From an uncultured Planctomycetota bacterium (GTDB lineage Bacteria > Planctomycetota > Planctomycetia > Isosphaerales > Isosphaeraceae), in the NCBI GenBank assembly GCA_963823665.1, contig CAWGMQ010000003.1:928001-992000 (forward strand): a stretch of DNA of 64,000 nucleotides, in the 5' to 3' direction. Below, in pieces: positions 1-9,514 of the stretch (positions are counted from its first letter, which is position 1; every line of letters starts with the position of its first letter). Below the pieces are notes generated by a model. That model was not told the DNA's origin, did not search any database, and saw only the letters and a list, made by a program, of their open reading frames with translations. The position numbers and the translations under genes are program-made.

Positions 1-140
1 GGCGTCGCGCTCAAATCTGGGGCTTCGATCGAGTTGATCGTTGCATCCGCTGCGACGTGAAAAAAAAATCCAGGTTTTCTGGTCGACGAAATGGCCGAAT
101 CGCGAAAGTGGGGCCATACTATACATAGCTCACTCTCGAT

Positions 141-343
141 CGCTGACACTGGAGTTGGCGCGAGGGACCAACCATGTCTCTGGAACCGGGAATGATTACC
201 GACGGAAGAGTTCCAGGCGCTCGAAGTGTTCCAGGGCGTCGAAGCCCCTGCCTGTTGAACTGCGCCCCGTTGGGGCCGGACATCGCCCCAGGCGTGGCCG
301 GCAGGAGTGTCAGCGCAACGGTGCCCGCGCCGGTGGGCGGCGG
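141..343 (+). ncRNA. candidate structured non-coding RNA or leader (multi-stem)
   Basis: Perfect 10-bp closing stem CGCTGACACT (141-150) / AGTGTCAGCG (306-315) enclosing several hairpins (GTTGG/CCAAC, CTGGAAC/GTTCCAG, GCCCC/GGGGC), followed by a GC hairpin at ~325-343. No convincing CDS here. Confidence 0.3.
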
Positions 344-654
344 GTACAGACTAAATTCAGATCAAGATCGGGATTCAGAATGCGGCCCATTTACAGTAGT
401 GTACGGATGCTTGAACACGCCGCAAAAGCGCCACTTTGCGCCACTTTCCGCCATGTGTTTGACGATTGCCTCGGGTGGAGTCATTCTTTGCAAGTTCAAT
501 GGGCGTCAACGAATGGGAACAGCGCGAGGCGTTCTTCGGCGACGGCGAAGGCGAGTGGCGCGGGCCACCAAGAACGCCACGACAATTCGACGGTGTTGTT
601 CAGTATGTTTTTTCGTCCCTTTTGGAAACCCAAGGCGAGCGCATTGGACATCCA

Positions 655-920
655 AGGCGTTGCCGTTGGGCTGGGTTGTTGTGGCCTTTCAGGCCGGATT
701 TTTGGGATGAAATGGCCTCGAGTTTGGGCCGGGACGGGCGTGGGACGGGTCTGGACCACGGGGAGGGTGAGTGTTCACCCATTCGGCCGAGGGATCATGG
801 AGCGGGGCTGATGGCGTTATCCTCTTTGGCTCTCAGCATTTCCGTACGGTTTCGGGGCCTGCCGGCCAGCCATCGGACGTGGTTCAAGACCGCACGCAAA
901 ATGAGATTTTTTTGGGGCCA
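655..920. repeat. ~270-bp degenerate direct repeat, copy 1 (copy 2 at ~2350-2630)
   Basis: Collinear shared blocks: GGCCTTTCAGGCCGGAT, GGGATGAAATG, GGTCTGGACCACG, ATGGCGTTATCCTCTTTGGCTCTC[AG]GCATTTCCGTACGG (811-849 vs 2522-2560, 38/39 identical), GGTTCAAGAC, GCAAAATGAGA. Confidence 0.85.
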
Positions 921-1552
921 GGAGTCCCGTCTAGTTCCATCTAGTTCCATTCACTTCTACTTATTTGGAGCGTGCGAAGCGTGGCCAGGCTGTCGTTTGA
1001 CATGGCGGGGGACGTCGAACCACGAATCTTACGAATCTCACGAATGAGGGAAGAGAAGATGACACGATACCCGGATCGGGATTCGACCGAGATTACCGAT
1101 CGGATGACCGCGTGGTCGTTTTGCTTCGACCGCGTGTTCACAATTAACAAAGAAATCGCGCAAAGCCGTAGGTCCTGACGTTGCAGCCGTGTCGATCGAG
1201 CGATTGCAGTTTTTTTGGAGGCTTTTATTGCCGATCACTGAAACCGGTCGCATTTTATAGGTAGGGCAGAGTCTGCGAGCGCGCGATGCTGGCGCGATGG
1301 GCGGCACCCCTGTGCTTTCCTACCTTCTCGTCGATCTCCATCTCAACCTGAAGAACAGCGCTGAAATTCACGCAAGGAGTGACATCCAGTGCGAACTATG
1401 GGTAAAGAAGCCGAGACCAAAACCGAAACTCGAGCAGACCTGGCCGTTGCGCAGGATGACTCCGTCGCCCTGGCGGCTTTGCCGGGTCGTCAGTCGAGCG
1501 CACGGTTCGCTCCCCCGGACTCTGAACTGGGAGGAAGGCGAGGATCTCCTGT

Positions 1553-1852
1553 TTTGTGCTATCATTAGTTATCAATTTCGGCCACGCGAAAGATGCTGTT
1601 GATCGACCGAAGCCCTTTTCGCATGGACACTTGCGGATCGCCGCGGAGCCGGATCTGGGGGGTGGAGCGCTCCGCATGCCGGGCCGTGGCGATTCGGAGC
1701 CGGAATCAGGACGGAGGAAGGAGGGCGGAGGACGAAGCGCGGTGCGAATGGAGCCGGAAGACGGAGAGCGGGGATCGGAAGAGACCTTCATGGTGGTATC
1801 ACTTTGGTATCATTTCGCACCAGGGGGCGAGAGGCTGTTGGATCGACCGAAG
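1553..1852. repeat. pair of ~60-bp degenerate direct repeats (1553-1612 and 1790-1852)
   Basis: Both copies contain a TATCA-N5/6-TATCA doublet and end in GCTGTT(G)GATCGACCGAAG. The interval carries GGAGCCGGA motifs. Confidence 0.6.
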
Positions 1853-2124
1853 ACATGTGTATATTTACGTTTGCGGAGGGCGGCCGAACCGGATTCGGGG
1901 TCTGTGCCAGGTCGCGGGCCGCACCCTGGCGATTTTGGGCCAAGGCCGGGCGGTTACGGGCGGGGTTTCGGCTTCGAATTCGGCCGATGGTTCGCCATCA
2001 CGACAGACCGAGTGCATTCCCGTAATCCTTGTGGCGTAAGGACGCGCGACAAATCTGCAAAACGAATTCCCCCTGCGCGGAGACCGAAAGAAGGGCGCTG
2101 CGCCGGCGCTATCGGGCTGGGGCC

Positions 2125-2146
2125 GTCAGGCGGAAGCCTGACCTAC
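2125..2146 (-). repeat. GTAG-type REP-like hairpin
   Basis: GTCAGGC-GGAA-GCCTGAC followed by CTAC, i.e. GTAG 5' of the hairpin on the minus strand. Confidence 0.55.
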
Positions 2147-2349
2147 GCGTCCGTCTATCGCTGGGTGTCTGCCTCTCGTTTTGCGGGGGCTCAGGCCCGC
2201 CTCGGCCACCTGCGGTGGCATCTCCCCCACGAGCGCGGGAGGTATGCCTTCGGGGGGCGGGAAGAATCCCTTTGCAGAGCGACGGGCGACAATGGGTGGT
2301 ATTGGGCTCCAGGGGGTGGTGGCGAGGAATGGGGTACGGACACACCTAG

Positions 2350-2630
2350 GGCGTTGCTAACAGTTGCCCTGGGCTTTGTTGTTTTGGCCTTTCAGGCCGG
2401 ATGGCGGAACTTGCGGGATGAAATGCCCCAGAGTTTTGCGATGTGGCGAGTGTGGGACTGGTCTGGACCACGCGAGAGGGAGTTTTCACCCGGCGGCCCG
2501 GGCGATCTTGGAGTAGTACCCATGGCGTTATCCTCTTTGGCTCTCGGCATTTCCGTACGGCATCAAACCGTTCCGGCCAGCTATCGGACGGGGTTCAAGA
2601 CAGCAAGCAAAATGAGACTTTTTGGGGTCA
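2350..2630. repeat. ~270-bp degenerate direct repeat, copy 2
   Basis: Same blocks as copy 1 at 655-920. Confidence 0.85.
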
Positions 2631-2732
2631 TTCGTCCCATTTCGTCTCATTTCGACCCATCCACTAGTGTTTATTGTCGAAGTGGCCGCGAAGTGACCAT
2701 CGTGCGGTTTCAGTACCAGTGTCGAGGCCAGA

Positions 2733-2893
2733 GTTCCGAATATTCGATCGTCACGCCATAACCTTAGTCACCACATGATTTTACATCTGGAATTGCCAAG
2801 GTTCCGAATATTCGATCGTCACGCCCTAAATATAAGGCGAGCAGTTGTTTACGACGATAAAAGAACAGGTTCCGATTATTCCATCGTCACACT
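2733..2893. repeat. three-unit regularly spaced array (25-bp repeat, 43-bp unique spacers, 68-bp period); CRISPR-like, no cas genes
   Basis: GTTCCGAATATTCGATCGTCACGCC at 2733 and 2801 (identical) and degenerate GTTCCGATTATTCCATCGTCACACT at 2869. Confidence 0.75.
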
Positions 2894-3339
2894 TAAATCC
2901 AATGGTGGTAAGGACGTGACGCAAATCGGTGGTTCTGGATGCAGAGAAGTCCCCGCTCCGCTCTCGGCGGGTTGCGCGATCACGTTCTGCTTTGCTTCAA
3001 TTGGCTCCCCATCGTGATGCCAGAAGAGGAGCGTTGATTGCTGGTTCGCGGCGAGACAGCTTGTCGATCGCGGTGATCGAGCTGCGACTCGTGACTCGGA
3101 GATCCCGCAACCGTTCCGGCCCGGCTTGCCTGATCGGTCAATGTGAGGTAGGTTTCCGCCTCGAGTATGCGGTTGCGGCGGGGCCGGACTGGAACGGTTT
3201 TGCTGGCGCGAGGCGTCGTGGCTGACGCGAGAGCAGACTGAGGGAGGTGAAAACCCGTCCGAATTGGCGAATTTCGAGGCGGATGATTCGGCGTTTCTCT
3301 GTTGCGGGACGGGTTTGTGATGGCGGCCGCCGGGGCGGA

Positions 3340-3374
3340 CCCGCCCTGGCCCCCCCTTCTTAAGGGGGGGGAAC
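3340..3374. repeat. REP-like palindrome (C-run / G-run stem), related inverted copy at ~44890-44925
   Basis: CCCTGGCCCCCCCTTCTTAAGGGGGGGGAAC; the reverse complement resembles TTCCCCCCCTCGCAACGGGGGGGCCAGGG at 44890. Confidence 0.6.
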
Positions 3375-3452
3375 TTGGCGCAACGTTCGCGACGGGAAAT
3401 CTCCGCGCCTGATAGTGCGAGTTTTCAACAGACCAGACTGAGGGAGGCCGGC

Positions 3453-4745
3453 ATGGAGGCGGGCATCCGCGGGGCGGGGCTGCGAACGCGGACCGGATAT
3501 GGCGAGGCAGGCATCGGCGCGGGCCGGCGTCTGGGGTCTGACCATCCGCTGCCGAGTGATCATGGTGTGCCGGCGTCACTCGCTGGTCTGCGCGTCGCGT
3601 TGGTCCACGACTGGCTCACTGGCATGCGCGGTGGCGAGAAGTGCCTCGAGGTGTTATGTCGGGCGTTTCCAGACGCGACGCTTTATACGCTCATTCACCG
3701 GCGGGGGTCATTGAGCCCGACGATCGAGTCCATGACGATCCGCACCTCGGCGCTTCAGAAGGTGCCCGGTGTTTTCCGGTGGTATCGCCACCTGCTGCCG
3801 GTCATGCCCTTGGCGGTGCGCGGATGGCGCCCGAGCGATGTGGACGTGGTGATCAGCCTGAGTCACTGCGTGGCGAAGGCGGTCGTGCCGCCGCCTGGCG
3901 TCGCGCACATCTGCTACTGCTTCACGCCGATGCGGTATGCCTGGCAGGGCCGGGATGCCTACCTGGAAAGCTGGTCAGACCGGCCGCTACGGCGGCTGCT
4001 CGCTCGCAGGCTGCTCTCGAGGCTCAGGCGCTGGGATCGCACCACAGCCAGCCGTGTCTCGCACTTCGTCGCGATCTCCGAGACCGTGCGCAGGCGCATT
4101 GCGCGCTGTTACCGGCGCGACAGCCGCGTGATTCAGCCTCCCGTGGACGTCGAGTTTTATACTCCGGCGAATGACTCCAGCCCGCGCAGCGATGATTATC
4201 TCGTCGTGTCGGCGCTGGTGCCTTACAAGCGCATCGACCATGCGGTCGCAGCCTGTTCGCAGTCAGGCCGGCGGCTGATCGTGATCGGTGAAGGGCCCGA
4301 GCGGGCGAGGCTCGAGGGCATGGCGCGGGGCTCGGTGCAATTTCTGGGCTGGCAGCCGGATGATGTGATTCGTGAGCATTACCGGCGCTGCCGGGCCCTG
4401 CTGTTCCCGGGTGACGAAGATTTCGGGATCGTTCCCATCGAGGCCCTGGCGTCCGGGATGCCCGTGATCGCGCTCGGGCGCGGTGGGGTGGCCGAGACCG
4501 TTGATAACACCGTTGGGCTCACCTATGGCGAGCCCACGCCGGCAGGCTTGCTCGGTGCGATCGATGACTGGGAGTCGAACGGGTGCCGATTTGATGCGGA
4601 TCTCGCCCGGCGCCGGGCCGAAGGGCTGTCGCTCGACGTTTTTCGCGAACGGATCCTTGGGTTGATCGGCGAGGTCGTCTCCGCCGGCATGAGCCGGCGT
4701 GTGCCGCCGGCGCCGCATTTCAATGTGGTTGGGGCGACTCCCTGA
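3453..4745 (+). CDS. glycosyltransferase family 4 (GT-B fold)
   Basis: VALVHDWLTGMRGGEK N-terminal motif, YKRID, EDFGIVPIEALASGMPVIA (Ex7E). GGGAGG RBS before ATG 3453; the ORF track starts at 3375. Confidence 0.92.
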   Translation: MEAGIRGAGLRTRTGYGEAGIGAGRRLGSDHPLPSDHGVPASLAGLRVALVHDWLTGMRGGEKCLEVLCRAFPDATLYTLIHRRGSLSPTIESMTIRTSALQKVPGVFRWYRHLLPVMPLAVRGWRPSDVDVVISLSHCVAKAVVPPPGVAHICYCFTPMRYAWQGRDAYLESWSDRPLRRLLARRLLSRLRRWDRTTASRVSHFVAISETVRRRIARCYRRDSRVIQPPVDVEFYTPANDSSPRSDDYLVVSALVPYKRIDHAVAACSQSGRRLIVIGEGPERARLEGMARGSVQFLGWQPDDVIREHYRRCRALLFPGDEDFGIVPIEALASGMPVIALGRGGVAETVDNTVGLTYGEPTPAGLLGAIDDWESNGCRFDADLARRRAEGLSLDVFRERILGLIGEVVSAGMSRRVPPAPHFNVVGATP

Positions 4746-4792
4746 ATGGGATTTCGCGATTTTCGACCACGTCCAGAGAATCCCTTCGCGGA

Positions 4793-6444
4793 GAGGCTGT
4801 CATCTTTTGGCCGCGTTGCGGTAACTCGGCCGTTGGGCCTAGTCGGCTGTGATTCACCGCTTGGTCGCTCGGTTAGTGCCGCCGATTCACGCCAGTTCTC
4901 CAATAGCCCAGCCGTTGACGCAAACGCGCTTTCCTATTTTGTCCCTTTTTTGCAAAGTACCGCTCATTCCGCCAGTTTGCCCATCGCTGGGCGCAGTCTC
5001 CCTGCGACAACCAGGTTGTGAGCAATTGCAAACAACAATGCGACGGCGCGGCAACGCGGTTGGCCACGCACGGGCATAAACCAGAATCCTCGATTGCGAG
5101 CCTGGGCGTTGACCCACTCGGCTGTTTGGCCTCGCAGCCGGTAGATCAGCTTCGCGGCCTCGGTCCCCATTCGGATCCGCCAAGCGGCAACCGCTTCGCT
5201 GTCGCCCTTCTTTGCGGTGTAGGGATCTTCTCCATTTGCCTGTTTCTTTTTCTCGTCTCTGATCGGCCCGTATACGATGCAGCCGCGTTGGGCCGCCTGA
5301 TCGATCGAGTCCTTGGTCGTGAAGCCACCGTCAACCAATGCCTCATCCGGAATTCGTTCGTAACGCTCCTCCAACTGGTCGAGCATGGGCGGAAGTTCTT
5401 CGCCATCGTTCCCTGCGTTGGTCACCTCCACACCCACAATCACACCGCTTTCGGTGTCTGTTGTGAATTGAACGTTATATCCCGGCCGGAATCCTCCGTC
5501 TGGAAACTTCATGATCCTCGCGTCGGGGTCGGTGGTCGAAGCACGCGCTTCCCGCCCCTTGCGGCCGTAGGACTCGTCACGTTCGCGTTGCAGCTCCTCG
5601 CACTGCCGCATCGCTTCTTCGATCCGTTGCTGTCGCTTGTTGGCGGCACGCTCCCGCGCCGCTCGCTGCCGTCGAGTCAGCTCTGCTGTGTCCTCCTCGG
5701 CCAGTTTCTTCAGCGCCTCAACCTGCTCCTTCGCCGCTTTCAGGCACTCCTCCAGGCTACCGCGACGACGAAACGAGCTCTTGCCCGCGCTGGCACGCAC
5801 TCTCATTCCGTCCTGAGCGACCCGGTCCATTTTCACCAACCCGGCATGGAGCAGGGTGCCCACGATCTGCGTGAGCAGTTCGTTCAACTTCTCGCCCCCA
5901 CAAGCGAGGAAGTGGGACAACATGCTGTGGTTGACGGTTACGCCGCCGCACAGCCACTGGTACGGCAGACTCCCTTGGTTCTTTTCGCACAGCCGTTCGA
6001 TTTCACGGGCGCTGCCGACTCCCTTCAATGTGGCGAAAACCCGCAATCCGACCAGCAAGCGCGGGTCGGTGGCATCTCGGCCGACATGTCGCTCGACGGC
6101 CTTGATCTCGCCGAGCCAGGCTTTCAGATCGAGCTTGCAGACCGCCGCCCAGACGACCCGGGCCGGATGGTCGGCCTCGAGCAATTCATCGAGCGATGCC
6201 CAGCGCATCTCGATCTGGTCGCGTACGGGACACCGCAGCCGCGGCTTGCCAGTTGGCATCGACTGGGCAGCCTGGGCGGGAGAGGGCTGATCGGGCAAGT
6301 CTTCTGGGCTAAAGAGAGGAAGTGTCATGACGCTCGTCCTGCAACACCGGGGCTGCGTGGGGCTCATGCGGCGGACTACATGCGTGGTATTAGAACGTGA
6401 ACACTATACAAAATCAACCCCAACGCCGAAAAAATCACAGCCTC
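4793..6444 (-). mobile_element. IS1182-family insertion sequence (1652 bp)
   Basis: Terminal inverted repeats GAGGCTGTCATCTTTT (4793) and AAAAAATCACAGCCTC (ends 6444). Flanking duplication GGA, or CGGAG if the ends are taken 1 bp inward. Single transposase inside. Confidence 0.88.
4964..6328 (-). CDS. IS1182-family DDE transposase
   Basis: DUF772-like N-terminus (LDELLEADHPAR, SAREIERLC), QDGMRVRASA, STTDPDARIMK, GYNVQ, LVDGGF, YRLRGQTAEWVNA. Likely start MTLPLF at 6328. Confidence 0.93.
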   Translation of the reverse strand: MTLPLFSPEDLPDQPSPAQAAQSMPTGKPRLRCPVRDQIEMRWASLDELLEADHPARVVWAAVCKLDLKAWLGEIKAVERHVGRDATDPRLLVGLRVFATLKGVGSAREIERLCEKNQGSLPYQWLCGGVTVNHSMLSHFLACGGEKLNELLTQIVGTLLHAGLVKMDRVAQDGMRVRASAGKSSFRRRGSLEECLKAAKEQVEALKKLAEEDTAELTRRQRAARERAANKRQQRIEEAMRQCEELQRERDESYGRKGREARASTTDPDARIMKFPDGGFRPGYNVQFTTDTESGVIVGVEVTNAGNDGEELPPMLDQLEERYERIPDEALVDGGFTTKDSIDQAAQRGCIVYGPIRDEKKKQANGEDPYTAKKGDSEAVAAWRIRMGTEAAKLIYRLRGQTAEWVNAQARNRGFWFMPVRGQPRCRAVALLFAIAHNLVVAGRLRPAMGKLAE

Positions 6445-6496
6445 GGAGCGAAGGGCGACAATGGGGCGCGCGTGTCAACCTTCTCCATCATCTCGT

Positions 6497-7174
6497 CTAT
6501 GCGGTGAGAACCGCGTGCCGCAGGCGCGCCAGCGTGTCATCAGCCTCGAACGGGATCGACCCGCCGAGCACTTCGAGCTTCCATCGCGCCTCGGGGTCGC
6601 GCGTATCCCGGGCCACGGCGGTCACGGCGTTCGTCAGTGCGAACCGCGAGCGGTCTGCGCCGCGCACGAGATCGTGGAAGATTGAGTCGATGAGCTCGCC
6701 TCGAATCGCTTCTGGCAGACGAGCGAGCATCGACGCCATTGTCACGGCCATGTCGATCGGAGAATGAACCGAGGAGCGCATCGCGTCGGCTGCGGTGTCG
6801 AAGGCTTCGGGCGCACAGCAATCGCGAACGGCGTCTCGAATCGCACCGGCTAGCTCTTCCTCGCCAAAAGCGGCGGAAAAGTCGGCTTGCTCGATGTGTA
6901 GCGTTTGAGTCGCGCGAGCGATGATCGCGCCGTTGGAGCAGACCTGGCGAAAGACATAGGGATGCACCCACACGTCGTCGTCGGTCGCCCGCAGGGCAAC
7001 GCCGCCTTGGAGGCGATCGCCGCGCTTGACCTCCTGTTCGGCTGGAAGCACCGCCCGCAAAAAGAGGCGTGCCCCATCGTCGAACGTGTCCGTCACAGAA
7101 CCACCCTGCGCCACAATTTCTTCGGCGAAGATCGTGGCGATCTCGCTCGTGGAGAGCCCACCTTGAAGAGACAT
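6497..7174 (-). CDS. DUF932-like hypothetical protein
   Basis: RQVCSNGAI and C-terminal SRFALTNAVTAVARD motifs. GAGGAG RBS before ATG 7174. Confidence 0.6.
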   Translation of the reverse strand: MSLQGGLSTSEIATIFAEEIVAQGGSVTDTFDDGARLFLRAVLPAEQEVKRGDRLQGGVALRATDDDVWVHPYVFRQVCSNGAIIARATQTLHIEQADFSAAFGEEELAGAIRDAVRDCCAPEAFDTAADAMRSSVHSPIDMAVTMASMLARLPEAIRGELIDSIFHDLVRGADRSRFALTNAVTAVARDTRDPEARWKLEVLGGSIPFEADDTLARLRHAVLTA

Positions 7175-7462
7175 GATCGCACTCCTCGTGCTTGGGACGA
7201 ACCGATCGTCCGCCGGTCCGATTGGATGCGGCGAGGTTCCCCGTATGGGCATGGAGTGGATCGAGCCCGCAGGGCCCCGGGTTATTCTACCAAACCGACC
7301 GGGTTTTTCTCGACCCTGGAGCGAGCCGATTACAATCAACGACATTCCGATTCCGAAGTGATCGCCGGAGACTGGAACACCGCGAGCACTCATCGTATGC
7401 TTCCAGGAGCGACCTCAACCGGACTTCATCACCAGTCGAAGAGGGCGCAGGAGGTCAAGTCG

Positions 7463-9028
7463 ATGTCGAGCCATTCCGTCGTGCTCCATTCGTGCTTGAG
7501 GTCGATTCGCCCGATCTTGTACGCCGTTTTATCAGGGGTCGCGGTCATCGCGGTGTCGTTCGCCGCGCGGCGCAGCAGCCTCCGACAGGCGGCGTGGTCA
7601 CGACGCAGGTGGATTTCTCGCTCAAGGGTCTCGAACCCGGGCGAGGCTCGGACCAGCGGCCGAAACTGATGAAATCCCAGGAGCTCCTGACGCAGGGGAA
7701 GCTCGACGAAGCCGAGGCAGTGATCGACGACGTGCTCAAATTCTTCGAGAACGAGACGGCTGACAAGCAGGTCGACTATGTAGCCGTGGTGAATCGCGAG
7801 CAATTCGAGCGCTACCGGAAGGAGCACCCGGGCGAGCGAAAGCTTGTCTGGGTCGACTGGTGCTACGGGTGGGCCCTTTGCAAGAAGGGGTGGATCGAGG
7901 GAGCGCGGCGGCGGTTGAACGAAGCGGAATCGTGGCTTACCAGATCGGTCAAGATGCGCCCTTACTCGGCGGACGCATACATCGAGCGGGGTTTCGTCTA
8001 CTCCCAGTTGGGCCGCCCTGAGGAGGGCATGAAGTCGTACGAGACGGCGGTTTCATTAGCGAGGAGCATTCCGTTCGAGAAACCATTCGAGGCGGCGGCA
8101 ATGCGCGGGGTGGGCTTCGATTATATCGAGCTCAAGAAACTCCCTCAGGCGCGAAAGGCATTTCGAGATTCGCTGCGCATCGAGCCGGCCAACCGCGTGG
8201 CGCTCGGCGAGCTGTTGTACATCGCGCGCCTCGAGCAGCAATGGGCCGAGCACGAATTCGGTGACCTGAAGCGGCAAGGCCGTTGGGCAGAGGTCACCGC
8301 CAAGCTCGATCGCCACATCGCCGCGTCACCAGATGACCTGGCCGCGCCGCATGCTGCGCGCGAACGCGCGGGCCGAGCAAGCACAGTGGAGTGCCGCGAT
8401 CGAGGAGCTGGAATCCGTGCTCAAGACCGACCCGGCGAGCCCGACGGCGCTCTACTTCATCGCGCTAGCACAACTGGGAGCAGGAAATGAGGCCGAATAT
8501 CACCGCGCCTGTAGCCGAATGCTCGCGAGGTTCCCAGTCGAGTTCGATGCGGCGCCGTCGGTCGTGGCAGCTTGCACGGTGATTCCGGATGCTGTCGCTG
8601 ACTTGAATCCGGTGTGCGCGACGGCGCAGATGATTCACGGCGCTCGCGTTGCTTCGAACGCTCGGCTGAAGAAGGCCCGGCCCGTGGCCGAAACGCAGAG
8701 CGAATTGGGGCGCATTCTCTATCGCTCGGGGCAGTTCGACGATGCCGTACGTCAGCTTGACGAAGCGATCACGGCGCAGACCAAGAACGACTACCAGAAG
8801 TTCTTGAACCTGGCGTTTCTCGCGATGGCACACGATCGCCTTGGCAACTCGCTCGAGGCAGCCCGGCGACTGGCCGAGGCGGAAAAGGTGCTGGACCAAG
8901 CTGAACATGACCCCAAGCGTGAGCCGGCGCCGTGGAACGTGCGGGTCGCTGTCGATCGCGTGCGCAAGGAGGCCAGGTCGCTTCTGCGGCCGGCCAAAAG
9001 GGCAACTGAAGGCGAGAAAAAACGTTGA
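7463..9028 (+). CDS. secreted TPR-repeat protein (two frameshifts, ~7570 and ~8345)
   Basis: AGGAGG RBS, then a signal-like N-terminus; TPR motifs continue across ORFs 7192..8490 and 8333..9028. Confidence 0.7.
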
Positions 9029-9073
9029 GTCGCGCGAGGCCAGCCGCGGCGCAACGATCCCGTCGACGGCGAA

Positions 9074-9514
9074 TCAGCTCTTGGCCTTTTCTTTCTCTTC
9101 TTTCTTGGCGGCGCGGGCCTTGCGGCGCTCGGCCTTGGCGGCCTTGGCCTCGGGAGCCGTCGTGCTGCTGAACCGCTCCTTGAGCCGGACGGCTTTGCCG
9201 GAGCGCTCGCGCAGATAATAGAGCTTGGCACGCCGGACCTTGCCCGAGCGCTTCACGACAATGTCGGTGATTCTCGGGGACTGGAGCGGAAACTTCCGCT
9301 CGACGCCCTCACCCTGGACGATGCGGCGCACCACGAACATCTCGCGTGGTCCCTGGCCGGAACGGGCAATCACGACGCCGTTGTAAATCTGAATACGTTC
9401 CTTGTCGCCCTCGAGAATGCGCACGTGAACGTCGACCGTGTCACCAATCTCAAATTTGGGCGTCGTAGCTTTGAGCGTGGCCTTCTCGACCAGCTCCATG
9501 AGTTTGTTCTGCAT
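9074..9514 (-). CDS. rplS: 50S ribosomal protein L19
   Basis: FEIGDTVDVHVRILEGDKERIQ, GEGVERKFP, GKVRRAKLYYLR. Confidence 0.98.
   Translation of the reverse strand: MQNKLMELVEKATLKATTPKFEIGDTVDVHVRILEGDKERIQIYNGVVIARSGQGPREMFVVRRIVQGEGVERKFPLQSPRITDIVVKRSGKVRRAKLYYLRERSGKAVRLKERFSSTTAPEAKAAKAERRKARAAKKEEKEKAKS

Noticed and set aside
41..2761. ORFs 41..811, 174..710, 466..1047 and 1556..2761 as real genes
   Set aside because: No recognisable motifs; they overlap each other and run through REP and duplicated non-coding modules.
2733..2893. Bona fide CRISPR array
   Set aside because: Only three repeats, no cas genes in the window, no typical GAAAC/G terminus, and the spacers share positional anchors. 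Kept as an unexplained repeat.
5018..6400. 460-aa + strand ORF
   Set aside because: Antisense shadow of the IS1182 transposase.
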